Assembly: GCA_043228905.1 (NCBI GenBank)
Contig: JBHGNT010000020.1
Span: 4,340,001-4,404,000, forward strand
Reading direction: 5' to 3'
Length of the DNA stretch: 64,000 nt
DNA from: Azolla caroliniana
Taxonomy: Eukaryota; Plantae; Polypodiophyta
This document shows, piece after piece, positions 26,001 to 37,766 of this stretch (position 1 is its first letter; every line of letters starts with the position of its first letter). Below the pieces are notes generated by a model that was not told where the DNA came from, ran no database searches, and saw only the letters and a list, made by a program, of their open reading frames with translations. Both the position numbers and the translations under genes were made by a program.

Positions 26001-26345
26001 CGACACTCCCCCGTAATGGGCGTATACATGGGTTATCTAAAAAATTACAGGTATATACAAGGTTTATCGGACAGATCAGTTTTGTTAGAGTCGGCAAGAT
26101 CTAAAGACAGAAGACTGAACCGGTTGTTGTGACCGTAGCGTCGTGACAAGGAGTGTGAGCGAACTAGCACAACTATTGAGATGATATGGGAAGAGTAAGA
26201 AAAGAAATAAAGCAATGATGCAAGTGAAAGTAAGGTGAGTAGGATTAGAGGTGAATAAGAGTAAAAGAGAATGAGAGAATGAGATGAAAGAAGAAGAGCT
26301 GAGTGAGTGAGAAAAAAGAAAGGCTTAAGAAATTTTCATTAGAAA

Positions 26346-26397
26346 GACCTTGTGCAAACTAGTTTCGCTCTAGGTAGAGCTCATTAGTGCCAAGGTC
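26346..26397 (-). ncRNA. Minimal type I hammerhead ribozyme (decayed copy) in the PLE 3' region
   Basis: Minus strand reads GACCUUG GCA CUAAUGA GCUCU ACCU AGAGC GAAAC UA GUU UGC A CAAGGUC: stem I, core CU(G>A)AUGA, stem II, GAAA, and a palindromic minimal stem III. Confidence 0.8.
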
Positions 26398-26651
26398 ATT
26401 TACAACAAGGGGGTAGGTTTATATAGGGGGAAGAGAGAGAGCGAGAGAGCGAGAGAGAGAGAATAGGAGTTTAATGATGGGAGAGAGGGAAACGGGGAAT
26501 TGTGATAGGCAAAGGATTGATAATTGAAAGTGGGTTAGAGGGGGGTTATATGTATGTATATGATAAGTGATAGGTGGGGGTGGGTGTGGGTGTGGGGGTG
26601 GGCTCTAAGAAAAGGGGGATTATAGGGGTGGGATATAAAAGGAATATAGTA

Positions 26652-27865
26652 TTAAGTGGGAGTATTTATGGATTTATATTTAGTTTTGACGAGAAGGGAA
26701 TGAATGGACTTAGACTTAGTCCAACATATGAAGGGTCGCGGTAGTTCGGATAGTTGGGGATGTGTGGCTAAATCTGCGTGGAGGTTTTCTAGCATGTCGT
26801 GAATTCCTAATCTTGGGGTATCTTTCGTATACGTAAGTTTGAATATGACAAGTATAAGGGTACTTTTAGGTTTTCTACTAAATACTAGTGATTTCCTAGC
26901 GCTAAATGGGACCTTTTCATAATTCTCTAATATAAAAGAAAGGGGATATCCTCTCTTAACTAATCTACTAAAAAATAGTTTTTTCATTCGAAGGAAACCT
27001 AAGGGGGTACTTTCTCTAATTAGGTATCGTTTTAGTTCATTAATAATAAAATGACATTTTAAGTGAAGGGGGTGAACTGACGAGAATGAGAGATACTGGT
27101 AGGCATTTCGGGGCTTTTGGTAGCAATTAAAGGAGAAATGTGAATTCTTTAGGTTAATCCATAAATCTAAGAATGGTAATCTAAAGGGAGAAGTGGTGAT
27201 GGTAATTTTGATGCAATTATTAGTGAAGGTGTTATAGAACTGGAGGTAATTTTCTAATTCGGGTTTAGTACCCATCCATATCCCGAATGCATCATCTATA
27301 TATATCTAGTGAAATAAAAAACATTAGACTGTGATGGTTGGGAGTTCTGTGAGCTAAGAATAGGCATGCATAAACTACAGAAAAATTACTACCCATGGTT
27401 GTACCCTTGACTTGTTGATAGATCATGTCATCAAGGATAGAAAGTGATATTCTAACGTGAGTGCACTAAGTGTATAGATAAGGTTAGTTTTAGAAGATGA
27501 AAAATGTGGGATAATCATTTTTCGTAAAGCTTGAAGTCCTAACCTAGGGGGTATGCTAGGATATAAAGATTCAACATCAAAGGTGAAGATAAAGCTATTA
27601 GGAGGTGGGTTGAGATGTTCTAAAGTCTGGACAAGGGAATGTGAGTATTTCAAATATTGCTTCTGAAGGAGAAAGATAGGCATGAGTTGATGGTGAAGCC
27701 ATTTTGATGTTTGTTCAAAAAGTGAGTTATTGTATGAGCAAATAGGTCTAAAACCTATTGGATTTTTATGGAGTTTTGGGAGGAAATAGATATTGCATAC
27801 TTGGTACCCTTTTGAGGGTTTATGTAGTATGTAGTTGGCTTCTATGTTGGATAGGGTACCAAGAT
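26652..27865 (-). pseudogene. PLE reverse transcriptase pseudogene
   Basis: ORFs 27423-27893 and 26652-27275 plus the intervening motifs, which lie in shifted frames. Confidence 0.85.
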
Positions 27866-28720
27866 GGTCGGAAGAGCTGAAGCCGATCCTCAAAGAATTG
27901 ATGTCGGTGGTCCAAAACCATCCAGTGCTGTGTGTCCGACTTTAACTAGACCGATTTTTCGTTACGCCCATCTGGTGCCGAAGGGATTGGAAACGATCCG
28001 CCGAAAGACCCTTGGTCATTCCATCTGCGACATTATCGGTTGTGGATATTTTCTCGAGACCGATTTTCCCTGAAATGACATAGTCCCGAACGAAGTGATA
28101 TCGAACGTTGATATGCTTGGAGGCGTTGTGGTGAACCGGATTCTTTGACAAAGCAACAATACCCTGACTGTCGTTGTAGACAACTGGAGCCGAGTCGGAG
28201 CGAACCTGTCGAAATGTGTGCGCCAGCCCTCTAAGCCATCAAGCTTCTTTTGCTGCGTCGGATGTAGCTACATATTCCGCTTCGGTCGTTGAGGTGGCTG
28301 TGCACTCTTGAAGTTTCGACTTCCACGAGATTGCTCCATTGCCGAATTTGAAACAGTATCCGGTTGTTGATTTCCGATTGTCCACACAGCCGGCGAAGTT
28401 TGAGTCGATGTAACCGACTACGCTTGAGGTTGAGTTCGGGCCGAAAAGAATGCCATGGTCTTTTGTGCCAGCTAGATATCTGAACACATGCTTGACTGCG
28501 TTCCAGTGCGATTGGCCTGGGTTGTGCATGAATCTGCTGACGACTCCTACGGCATGAGAAATATCGGGCCGTGTCGCAACCATCGCGTACATAAGAGAGC
28601 CGATTGCTGGTGCATATGGTACCGACTTCATATCTTCCCCCTCTGAACCGGATGTCGGGCAGTCTCGCTGAGACAGCCGAAGGTTAATGGGGAGCGGGGT
28701 TGAAACAGATTTGGCCGCAT

Positions 28721-29609
28721 TGTCGTAGTGTAATTCGTACACTACGTGAAAAATTACATTTTTGGTCTCTCCGGATAGGACATGGAGTACCCAGTGAGAA
28801 CCGGAAGAAGGAACTGGTAAGGACCGAAATCGGTAAGGAGACCCGGCAAGAGCCGGATGAAGAAGGCCGGTGAGAGTCGGTGAGAAACGGATGAAGAGAT
28901 CGGTAAGGAGGTCCCGGTAAGAACCGGACAAAGAAAACTATCAAGCACCGGATGAAGCAGAACCGGAAAGAGCCGGATGAAGAAGGCCGGTGAGAGTCTT
29001 TCACCGGATGAAGAGACATATTTGTAAATAGAAGAAAGTATAAAAATATATATTACATGCATAGGGCAAAATTCGAACCTTGCACCTCCATGTTAATAAT
29101 GTTAAGCCTTATCATTATAATAGGGTATTATGAATTTTAAAGTTATACTAAACTTTATCCCATGTAAAATTTCTAGACATGCATGGTACAAAAGTTATTC
29201 ATGCATAGACACTCGAGTTAAAAGAAAAGATGAGATAGAAAGCTAATCATGCACATGCAGTGTGCATGAAAACTAAAGATAGAAAAAGCATGATGCTTGC
29301 ATGTGATGAACTTAGACTCTTCCAACACTATATAAGGAAGAGAGAAAGATGTATAGAGGTTGTTGATTATTTTACAAGGGGATTAATATAATATAATCGT
29401 GGGATCCACGAGTTTGCTAATTATTTTTTCTCTTAATTTGAGTACTCACTAATACACTATACTCGTGGGATTCACAAGTTTTTCATATATTTCTTTCTTA
29501 CAATATATTTCATATTCTTAATTGCCTTACAATTTTCTTTCCTCCTAGTCCAAAACCTCAACGGTTCCCACCCAACTCACGCAACGATCCGGAGCCGTAA
29601 GGCACTACA
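28721..29609. mobile_element. Solo LTR (889 bp) inserted in F1 RT
   Basis: TG...CA termini (tgtcgtagtg / cactaca). Flanks gcat/gcgt, a 4-bp TSD with one transition. Internal purine-rich repeats with a 120-bp period (28851/28971). Confidence 0.7.
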
Positions 29610-32573
29610 GCGTGCATGTTGAAACGTTCCAAGACACGTCGGAAGTAGTCGGATTAAGACAAGAAAAGTTGACGTTTATTGCGATACCGACTAATCTTCA
29701 TACCAAGTATGTGTCTTGCCGGACCAAGGTCCTTCATGGCAAACTTCAACCGTAGTTGCCGAACGAGTTCGGTGAGCTCGCCGGCATGTTGGCCGGAGAG
29801 TAGCATGTCGTCCACGTAAATGATGAGAAAAATGGGAGACCCGTCTTGAGCTGTTTTGGTGAAGAGACAGTGGTCCTCATCGCTCTTGGAGAAGCCGACC
29901 GACTGGATAAAGTCATCGAACTTTTTGTACCACTGTCGGGGTGCCTGTTTCAGAGCGTATAAACTCTTCCTGAGTCGGCAGACTAGATGTTCCTGGCCGG
30001 ATACCACAAAGCCATTCGACTACTCCATATAGATTTCCTCCTGTAGGTCACCGTGGAGGAATGCCGTTTTTACATCTAGCTGAATCAGATCCAAGTTGTC
30101 GGCGGCCACGACGCCGAGCATGAAACGAAGGGTCGTCATTTTCACCACTGGTGAAAAGATAGAGTTGAACGAGCTTGCACCCTCGACTATTGAGTTGTCG
30201 ATTTTTGATGCCTTGCTGTTTAATATTGAAGGTTTGGATTGTGCCTATTCTATATGGAATAGACTAGAGGAACTGTATGCCCAGAAGATGACAACTAGCA
30301 AAGTTTATTGGCTTAAGAAACTTATGGATTTGCGTATGACAGAGGGCACACCCATGTCAACTCACCTGAGTGAGTTCAATTCCATTTTCAGCCAGTTGGT
30401 TGCCTTGAAATTCATCATTGATGATGAGTTTAAGGCCACATTTTTACTTTGCGCCTTGCCAGAAAGTTGGGATACTTTTAGGACTGCGATGAGCAATTCA
30501 AATGCGATGCTTCTTTATGCCGATGTGCAAAGTTTTCTACTCATGGAAGAAATGAGTCGACAAAACAATGCATCCAATAAGTCCTCTAGTGCGTTGCATA
30601 TGAGGGGTAGGTCACAACAGAGAGGCAAATCTGATAGTTATGGCCGTAGTAAATCACGTGGTAAAGATGTAGAATGCCATCACTGTGGCAAAAAGGGTCA
30701 CTTTAAACGTGATTGTTTCAAATAGAAGAAAGAGAAAGGAAAGGGCAAGAAGTTAGATGATTTCATAGAAGAAAAGAGAGACATTCAACCGAGGAAAGGC
30801 AATACTAAAATTGAAGAGGTGAATGTAGTCACTCATGATAATGATAGTGGAAATGATGTACTCTTTGTTTCATCATGCCATAGAGAACATGCTTTACTTG
30901 CAGATACGGATAGTGACATACACACTTGGATACTCGATTCCGGTGCTTCTCTTCACGTCACCCCTCATCGTGAGTGGTTTTCAGATTACACAGGGGGCCG
31001 ACATGGTGTTGTCCATCTTGGGGACAACTATGCATGTGAAATTGCAGGTATTGGCACTTTGCAATTACAGTTTCAGCATGGTTCTGCTTTCACATTTCAA
31101 CATGTACGGCATGTACCTCAGCTCAAGAAGAGCTTGATTAGCATAGGACAGCTAGATAATGATGGATTTCACACAACCTTTGGCGATGGGAAATGGAAGA
31201 TTTGTAAGGGATCTAGAGTTATTGCCAAGGGTAGTAAAAGTGATGCTTTGTATCCTCTCCATGTATCTAGTGTGAGTGACCATGTTGTTGCCATAACCGA
31301 GCAACCTAGTGTTTCTTTGTGGCATGGCTGGTTGGGATACATGAGTGAAACTGGTATGAAGGTATTGTCTTGTTGGGTTACTTGCCATGTCTTCGTTATG
31401 CCGATTTTGAACATTGTGATCATTGCATTTATGGTAAACATGTACAAATATCTCATAAAAAGTCTCTTTCGCTGAACTCGTCCCCGCTTGAGTTAGTAGA
31501 TTTAGATGTATGTCAGATGCTAGGGCTATCATTAGGGGGAAATAAATACTTAGTCACTTTTGTCGATGATGCTACAGGGAAGGTATGGGTTTACCCTATT
31601 CGTAACAAGGATGAAGTGCTCGACAAGTTTCGAACATTTTTGGGTTGAGAATCAAATTGATAAGACACTTAAATGTCTTCGCTCTGACAATGGTGGGGAA
31701 TATGTGTCCAAGGCTTTTCAAGCATTTTGTGACAGCAAAGGGATAAAGAGGGAACTCACTGCCCCTTATAATCCACCCCAAAATGGAGTTGCAGAGCGTA
31801 TGAATCAGACTATTCAAGATAAGGTCCGTACTATGCTGTCTCATGCTGTGTGACCCCATGGTTTTTGGGCAGAGGCTGTTATGACAGTTGTTCACTTGAT
31901 TAATCGGTCACCTAACAGGTCTTTGGGAGGGGGAATACCCCAAGAAGCGTGGTCGGGTAGGGTAAGCCACCTTCATATGCTCACTTGAGAGTGTTTGGCT
32001 GTGAGGCTTTTGTGCACATTCGTAAAGAAGAACGCAACAAACTTGAGCCAAAGTCCTACAAATGTATTTTCCTAGGATATGGCGACGAGGGTGAAATGGG
32101 GTATAGATTGTGGGATCCCGAGAAAAGAAAAATAGTACGAAGCAATGATGTTATCTTCTGGGAAAATCGCATGCATAAACAACCCGAAAAGACTAAGGAA
32201 GTACCTAGGGTTGTATTCCGAGAAGAAATACCATTTAGACAAGAAAATGTGCCCGTTGTACAACAGCAAACACCTGTTGTAACCTTACCTGCAAATGCAA
32301 AAAATGAGGTTGGACATGTTCAGCCAGCCTTTGCCAATAATGATGAGCCACCAAATGTGCAAGAAAAGCTAGAACATCAAGCTGTTAATGCTGATTTGCA
32401 GGCTGAAATGCCTGGACTACAAATTGAAAATGATGATTTGCAGGCTCAACAACTACCAAACAATGAGCATTGAGTTAGGAGATTTTCTAGAGTTATTAGA
32501 AGGCCTGACAGATTTTTGTTCTTGATGCAAACAGTGTGGCTGATTATGTGATGGTAACTGAATGTGGAGAACC

Positions 32574-33330
32574 TGACGGGAACTCGACGTTCCTTATGTC
32601 CGACGCTCGGCCACAACCGAGATTCTTTTCATACACAGAAAACGGGAAATAAAACACGACACAGAGAAGAGAGATGGTACACAGGAGGTTTACGTGGAAA
32701 ACCCCAAACTAGGGGAAAAACCACGGCAGCCCACAGGCTGCAAACTGTCACTATGTATGAATGTACAAAACAATGAGTACACTGAGGCAACAACCTCGAA
32801 CTCACGATCTTCGCCACAGACGGCGGTTACAACAGAGGCAACGACCTCGTCTCTCTCTCTCTCTCTCTGTGTGTACAGTTACGTGCTCTCTCTTCTTCTT
32901 GCACCAACAAGAAAAGTAACAACAGTAACATATTAGTTTGCCCTAAGTCATATTTATACTAATATGACTTTTCGGCTATTTACAAATATAGCCACAATGG
33001 GCTCTCAGAAACATATTTACGAATATGTCTCTTCCTCCGGTTCATACCAGGTCTGCACCATCCGGCTCTCCGTAGCCGGGTACTCCTCATCCGGTTCATA
33101 CCGGGCCTGCACCATTCGGCTCTCCGTAGCCGGGTACTCCTCATCCGGTTCATACCGGGCCTGCACCATCCGGCTCTCCGTAGCCGAGTACTCCTCATCC
33201 GGTTCATACCAGGCTTGCGCCATCCGGCTCTCCATAGCCGGGTACTCCTCATCCCGTTTCGGCCTCAGCCGAGTTTGTTCGTCGGCACTGTTCTTCTTCC
33301 TTCCCATCCGGAGGGACCTTTTTCCAAACA
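32574..33330 (-). mobile_element. Solo LTR (757 bp) inserted in element G
   Basis: TG...CA termini and TSD GAACC (32569-32573, 33331-33335). Removing it restores ...TECGEP-TCFKEAM. Confidence 0.92.
33030..33256. repeat. 54-bp tandem repeat, about 4 copies, inside the solo LTR
   Basis: Unit tactcctcatccggttcataccgggcctgcaccatccggctctccgtagccggg recurs at 33081, 33135 and 33189, with partial copies either side. Confidence 0.92.
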
Positions 33331-35171
33331 GAACCGACTTGCTTTAAGGAAGCAATGAACAAACAGGACAATAAGGAATGGTATAAAGCCATGTTGTCAG
33401 AGATGGAATCTCTTGAGAAAAATGACACTTGGGATTTGGTGCAGTTGCCTAAAGGGTAGAAAACACTTCCATGCAAATGGGTTTATAAAATGAAGGTTAT
33501 TTCTGATTCCTCGCCAAAGTACAAAGCAAGATTGGTTGCAAAAGGATACAAGCAGGAATATGGAGTTGGTTTTGATGAGATCTTCTCGCCTGTAGTCAAG
33601 ATGACTACATTAAGAATCATTTTGGGCTTAGTTGCAGCTGAAGATATGGAGCTCATACAGATGGATGTGAAGACCGCCTTTTTACATGGCAATCTGCATG
33701 AAGACATATATATGCAACAGCCTGAAGATTTTGTGGCTAAAGGCAAAGAGAAGATGGTTTGTAAGCTCAAAAGGAGTTTGTATGGGTTGAAACAAGCACC
33801 AAGAGAATGGTATCATAAATTTGATGCATTTATTCAGTCTCAAGGTTTTCATAGAAGTCAAGTGGACCACTACTTGTACACCAAGAAGGCAGGAGATGGC
33901 AGCCTGATTATCTTGGTTTTGTATGTTGATAATATGTTGATTGCTGGCAAGGATATTCATGCCTTGGATTCATTGAAACAAAGCCTTCATGGCAGCTTTG
34001 ATATGAAGGATCTTGGTGATGCAAATCACATCCTTGGCATGCAATACTCCGAAACTGGTCGAAAGGGGTACTCTTTCTATCTCAACAAGAGTATATCTCT
34101 AAGGTTTTGCAGCGTTTCAATATGGAGGGGGGGAAAACAATTGGGATTCCATTTCCTCCATATTTGAAACTCAATGCAGAAGACAAACCTACATCTGATG
34201 ATGAGAAGGCTGAAATGGCTAAGGTTCCATATGCTTTAGCCGTTGGCAGTTTGATATATGCGATGGCTGCTACACACCCTGATATTGCCTTTGCAGTGGG
34301 AGTGGTTAGTAGGTACATGGAAAATCCTGGCAAAAAGCATTGGGAAGCGGTAAAAGGTATTATGAGATACCTCAAAGGCACAAAGGACTTGGGCATTTGC
34401 TTTGGAAAGCAAAAGGCATCTGTTGTTGGTTTTACGGATGTGGACTATGCTGGTCACGCAGACTGCAGGAAGTCTACTTCTGGGTATGTGTTTACTTTCA
34501 CCGGAGGAGCAGTCTCTTGGATCTCCAGACTACAAAAGTGTGTTGCATTGTCCACTACAGAGGCAGAGTATGTTGTTGCCACTGAGGCCTGCAAACAGGC
34601 TTTATGGTTTTCATATCTAGTGAGAGATCTTGGCATTACAGAGTTACCTATTCTTCATTGTGACAACCAGACTGTTATGATGCTAGCTCGGAATCCCGTC
34701 TTTCATGCAAAGACGAAGCACATAGAGGTGAAGTATCACTTCATCAGAGATGTACTTGACAACAAGAACATTGAGCTTCTCAAAGTACATACAAATAATA
34801 ATCCTGCAGATCTTCTCACGAAGGGTCTTCCAGCTGAGCGATTTGCTCATTGCCGACAGATGATGGGAGTTGGATAGATGTATGTAGTTCAGCTTTGTAC
34901 ATACTTGGACTTAGCTGATTTTTTTTTTTTCTTCTCACCGCACATTGCCTTTAGGTGGGAGGTTGTTGGGAATAAAGGGCCATCGTGCCTTTTATTAGTG
35001 CATGAGTGTGAACGCACTCGTAGCACTCTTTTGACTTGTATCTACATAATATCTAAAAACCAAAAAAGAGGTACACTCTTTGTACCCAAGATAACGTGCA
35101 TCTCTCTCTCTCTCCCCCTTTGTCTCTCACTCAGACTCTCTCCCTCTCTGTTTTTGACCTAAACCCTAATC

Positions 35172-37764
35172 CTCATGCTGCCTTTAGTGATCACTTCCCG
35201 AAGAACACCCTTCGAATCCACCCAGACTGCTTGACCCTCATTGTCCTTTGTTGTGCTTTCTTCGGCCTCTTTGTCATACACATTAGCTTTGGCCTTCACT
35301 TTCTCGCCACCACCCTTCGTTTGTTGGTTCTTATGTTGGCACTCGGGCACAATTGCCGAAGTCTCAAGAACCGATGTGAGGAATGTTTCGGCACTGTCGC
35401 TCACCGACAAACCGTCCATAGCCACCTCTGCCCGGATGTTGCTATCTGTGGCTATCTCTTCCTCTCGGTAGGATTTTCCGTCCTCGATTACGCAAGCTTT
35501 GATTATGCTTGCGTTTCCTTCGCTCGATGTTTTGGGCAATTGCATCCCGAAACATTCGTCCACCCTCAAAATGGCGCTTGTCACTCTTCCGCAAGTCGAG
35601 AGAGTGGCTTGCTCTACACTCTCTCCCATGGTATCATCGTACTATCCTTTGGCCTCCTCATAGGCCCCACTCGTCCTTCGTCCCTGAGGAGGAAACTTCC
35701 TCATCCTCTGATCCTCTCGAGCCCGACTCCATAATAGAACCTTCTTCGGCTTTGACCTTCGCCTTCAAGATCTCGTACGTCTCCCTCACCAATGCTTCTA
35801 TATCGAGCTCGACTGAACCATTCCGCGATGAACTCTCCTCCGTCAATGGTAGTGGGTAGTCACTCGCCACCCTCTTTTGATAGCCACTCACGGGCCATAT
35901 TGTGGCCGACAATGTTCTCGTTTGCTTCTCATCATGTCGTCGGCATACCCTCTCTACTTCGGTCCAATCCTCGATGAGGCCGTTTGCTCCATCATCATCT
36001 TCGAGTTCAAGAAAAATGGTCATCCTTTCTTTTCGATCGATCGTCTTAAAAAATAATAGGACCTTATCCACCCCCACCAATCTTCCATCTCGCTACGAGA
36101 GTTGAGCAAAACAATTGTCGAACTCTTGGAATGTTTGCATTGTGCTTTGGTGGGACTTCGTCGATGCTAACCATTTGTCGAACTTACACCGACATTGCCC
36201 CTTTGGTCTCTCATACCTGTATGCCTCCAATAGAGCTTCCTCGAAGGACTCCCACGACTCATGAGCTTCTCGAAGTTCTTTGACATCTTTGTGTCTAGAT
36301 ATGGTCACCACCCGGAAAAAATACTCTAGGCTCGTTGCTTCATCCATGCCCCACTTCGTCATCTCGACATTGTAGGCTCTCCAAAAATTTGGGACCTCGT
36401 CCCCGTTGAAAGGGCCAACTCATGCAACCACGCTCTCGACGGCTTGTTGAGCCGCATCTCGTCTTTCTGTTTGCCTTACAAAATCCATCACTATCCTTGT
36501 CCTTACGTCCGTGAAGTCCTCTTCCATCCTCGTCCTCCTTGCCACCCTTTCACGTCGGGTTCACCAAGATGTCGCAGAAATATGCATGTGCGTGTCAGAA
36601 ATGGCAGGAACACAGGGGTCTTGGACTAGGACGGGGTTGGGAGAAAGAAGGAGAGATTAAAACGGAAAGAGAAGTAGATCAAGACAAGATATATCAACAA
36701 ATTACATTAAGAAACCACCATATGAATTACAACCATGGCCGCATAGGCTGAATGTAAACCTTTAGATGAAACCCTAACTGGATAGGGGAAAAGTAGAAGA
36801 AGAAGAATGAAACCCTAAAATGAGATCCTAAAACTTGAAACCCTAAAACGAAATAGGGATAATTAAAACCCTAATGGTCTACCCCGAAACCCACAAAATG
36901 GTGACCCAAAGAAACCCAAAAGGGCCCCTTTATAAAATAGAGTTTGATCACAAAGTGACAACTTCTAGTTAGCCACAAGTTCAACAAAACACAAATAGTG
37001 AATGCCCTTCGAGTACATCTGAAAACAGAGCACAAACACTGAGAAGATGAGAACACGAGCAAACCACACCACAAAAATCTCGACCCCAACGAACCATGAA
37101 AACCCGAACGGCGAGTACATGGCTCGCAACGACGGATGCAAGAGCAACACCGAACCAACGACGCTCGAGCTCACGAGCACTATAAATGACCCGAGCACTT
37201 CGAGCTTCAACACGAAGAGGACGAGACGAGCATGTGGCTCCGAAAGAAAAATGGCGATAGTCTCCTCCTCCCAAAAACGTCCCCCCAAATGAGCCCCCCT
37301 CGACCTCTTTTTATAGGTAAAAAGGGAAGGGGGGTTGCCACATTCATCTTCAATGCAAAAGGAAGAAAATTCCTTAAATCACGCTACATTGTCAAACAGG
37401 ATTTGAACCGTGTACCTTTAGCTAGGAGTCAATATGTCTATCTCGTAGCCCATTAACTCTCTATTATTTATAGTATAATCTTATTAATTTACAAATCCAT
37501 AATTTGTCTCCTCTCTACTTTTCATCTCCCCTCTTTCTTACTTTTCACCTCCCCTCTTTCTTACTTTTCACCTCTCCTCTCTCTTACTTTTTCATATCTC
37601 CTCTCTCTTTTACACGAGTTTCTATACATCCTTTGCACCCTTCCCTTTCCCTTTTCTTTTGCATGTGCACAATTAATTGACTATGTGTGCACCCATATTG
37701 CACATCCACATTTTGACCCCCTTTCACCACATTTTTCCTACACTCGCCATGCCACATCACGACA
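35172..37764 (-). mobile_element. Element H1: tRNA-Trp-primed LTR element with decayed gag-like internal region
   Basis: LTR 36570-37764. PBS at 36549-36566 reads tggtgaacccgacgtgaa on the minus strand, complementary to the 3' end of plant tRNA-Trp. Internal region is homologous to 38920-40320. Confidence 0.82.
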
Positions 37765-37766
37765 TT

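Larger units (their letters stand above)
26127..27865 (-). mobile_element. 5'-truncated Penelope-like retroelement (PLE)
   Basis: Frameshifted RT with IYFLPKLHK..IGFRPI, FTFDVESLYPSIP, YQQVKGTTMGSNFS, RYIDDAFGIW, PFLDL and thumb YQKP.N.YQYLSFSSVHP...RLVKRGYP. Host F1 sequence resumes on both sides when compared with F2 at ~58460. No clear TSD. Confidence 0.88.
25683..30160 (-). mobile_element. Copia element F1, 3' half, carrying two nested insertions
   Basis: 3' LTR 25683-26005 is homologous to 57996-58351, with the PPT following at 26006. RH and RT remnants at 27942-28720 and 29610-30160 (YVDD). Truncated at 30160. Confidence 0.88.
30161..35170 (+). mobile_element. Copia element G: 5'-truncated, with partial 3' LTR
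   Basis: Gag with CHHCGKKGHFKRDC knuckle, PR DSGAS, INT, RT 33340-34167, RH to 34877, PPT aggtgggagg ~34953-34962, LTR from tgttgg at 34964. Confidence 0.88.

Noticed and set aside
26127-26345. Telomeric repeats at the PLE end (Athena/Coprina-type terminal insertion)
   Set aside because: No TTTAGGG or CCCTAAA arrays at either junction.
33017-33307. Regular 54-bp repeats and the DEEYPATESRMVQARYEP repeat ORF as a CRISPR array or repeat protein
   Set aside because: There are no unique spacers or cas genes. It is a plain tandem array inside a TSD-flanked solo LTR, and the open frames follow from a unit length divisible by 3.
36549-36566. tRNA gene (match to the tRNA-Trp 3' end, also at 42675)
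   Set aside because: Only 18 nt, including CCA, adjacent to an LTR end: this is a primer-binding site.
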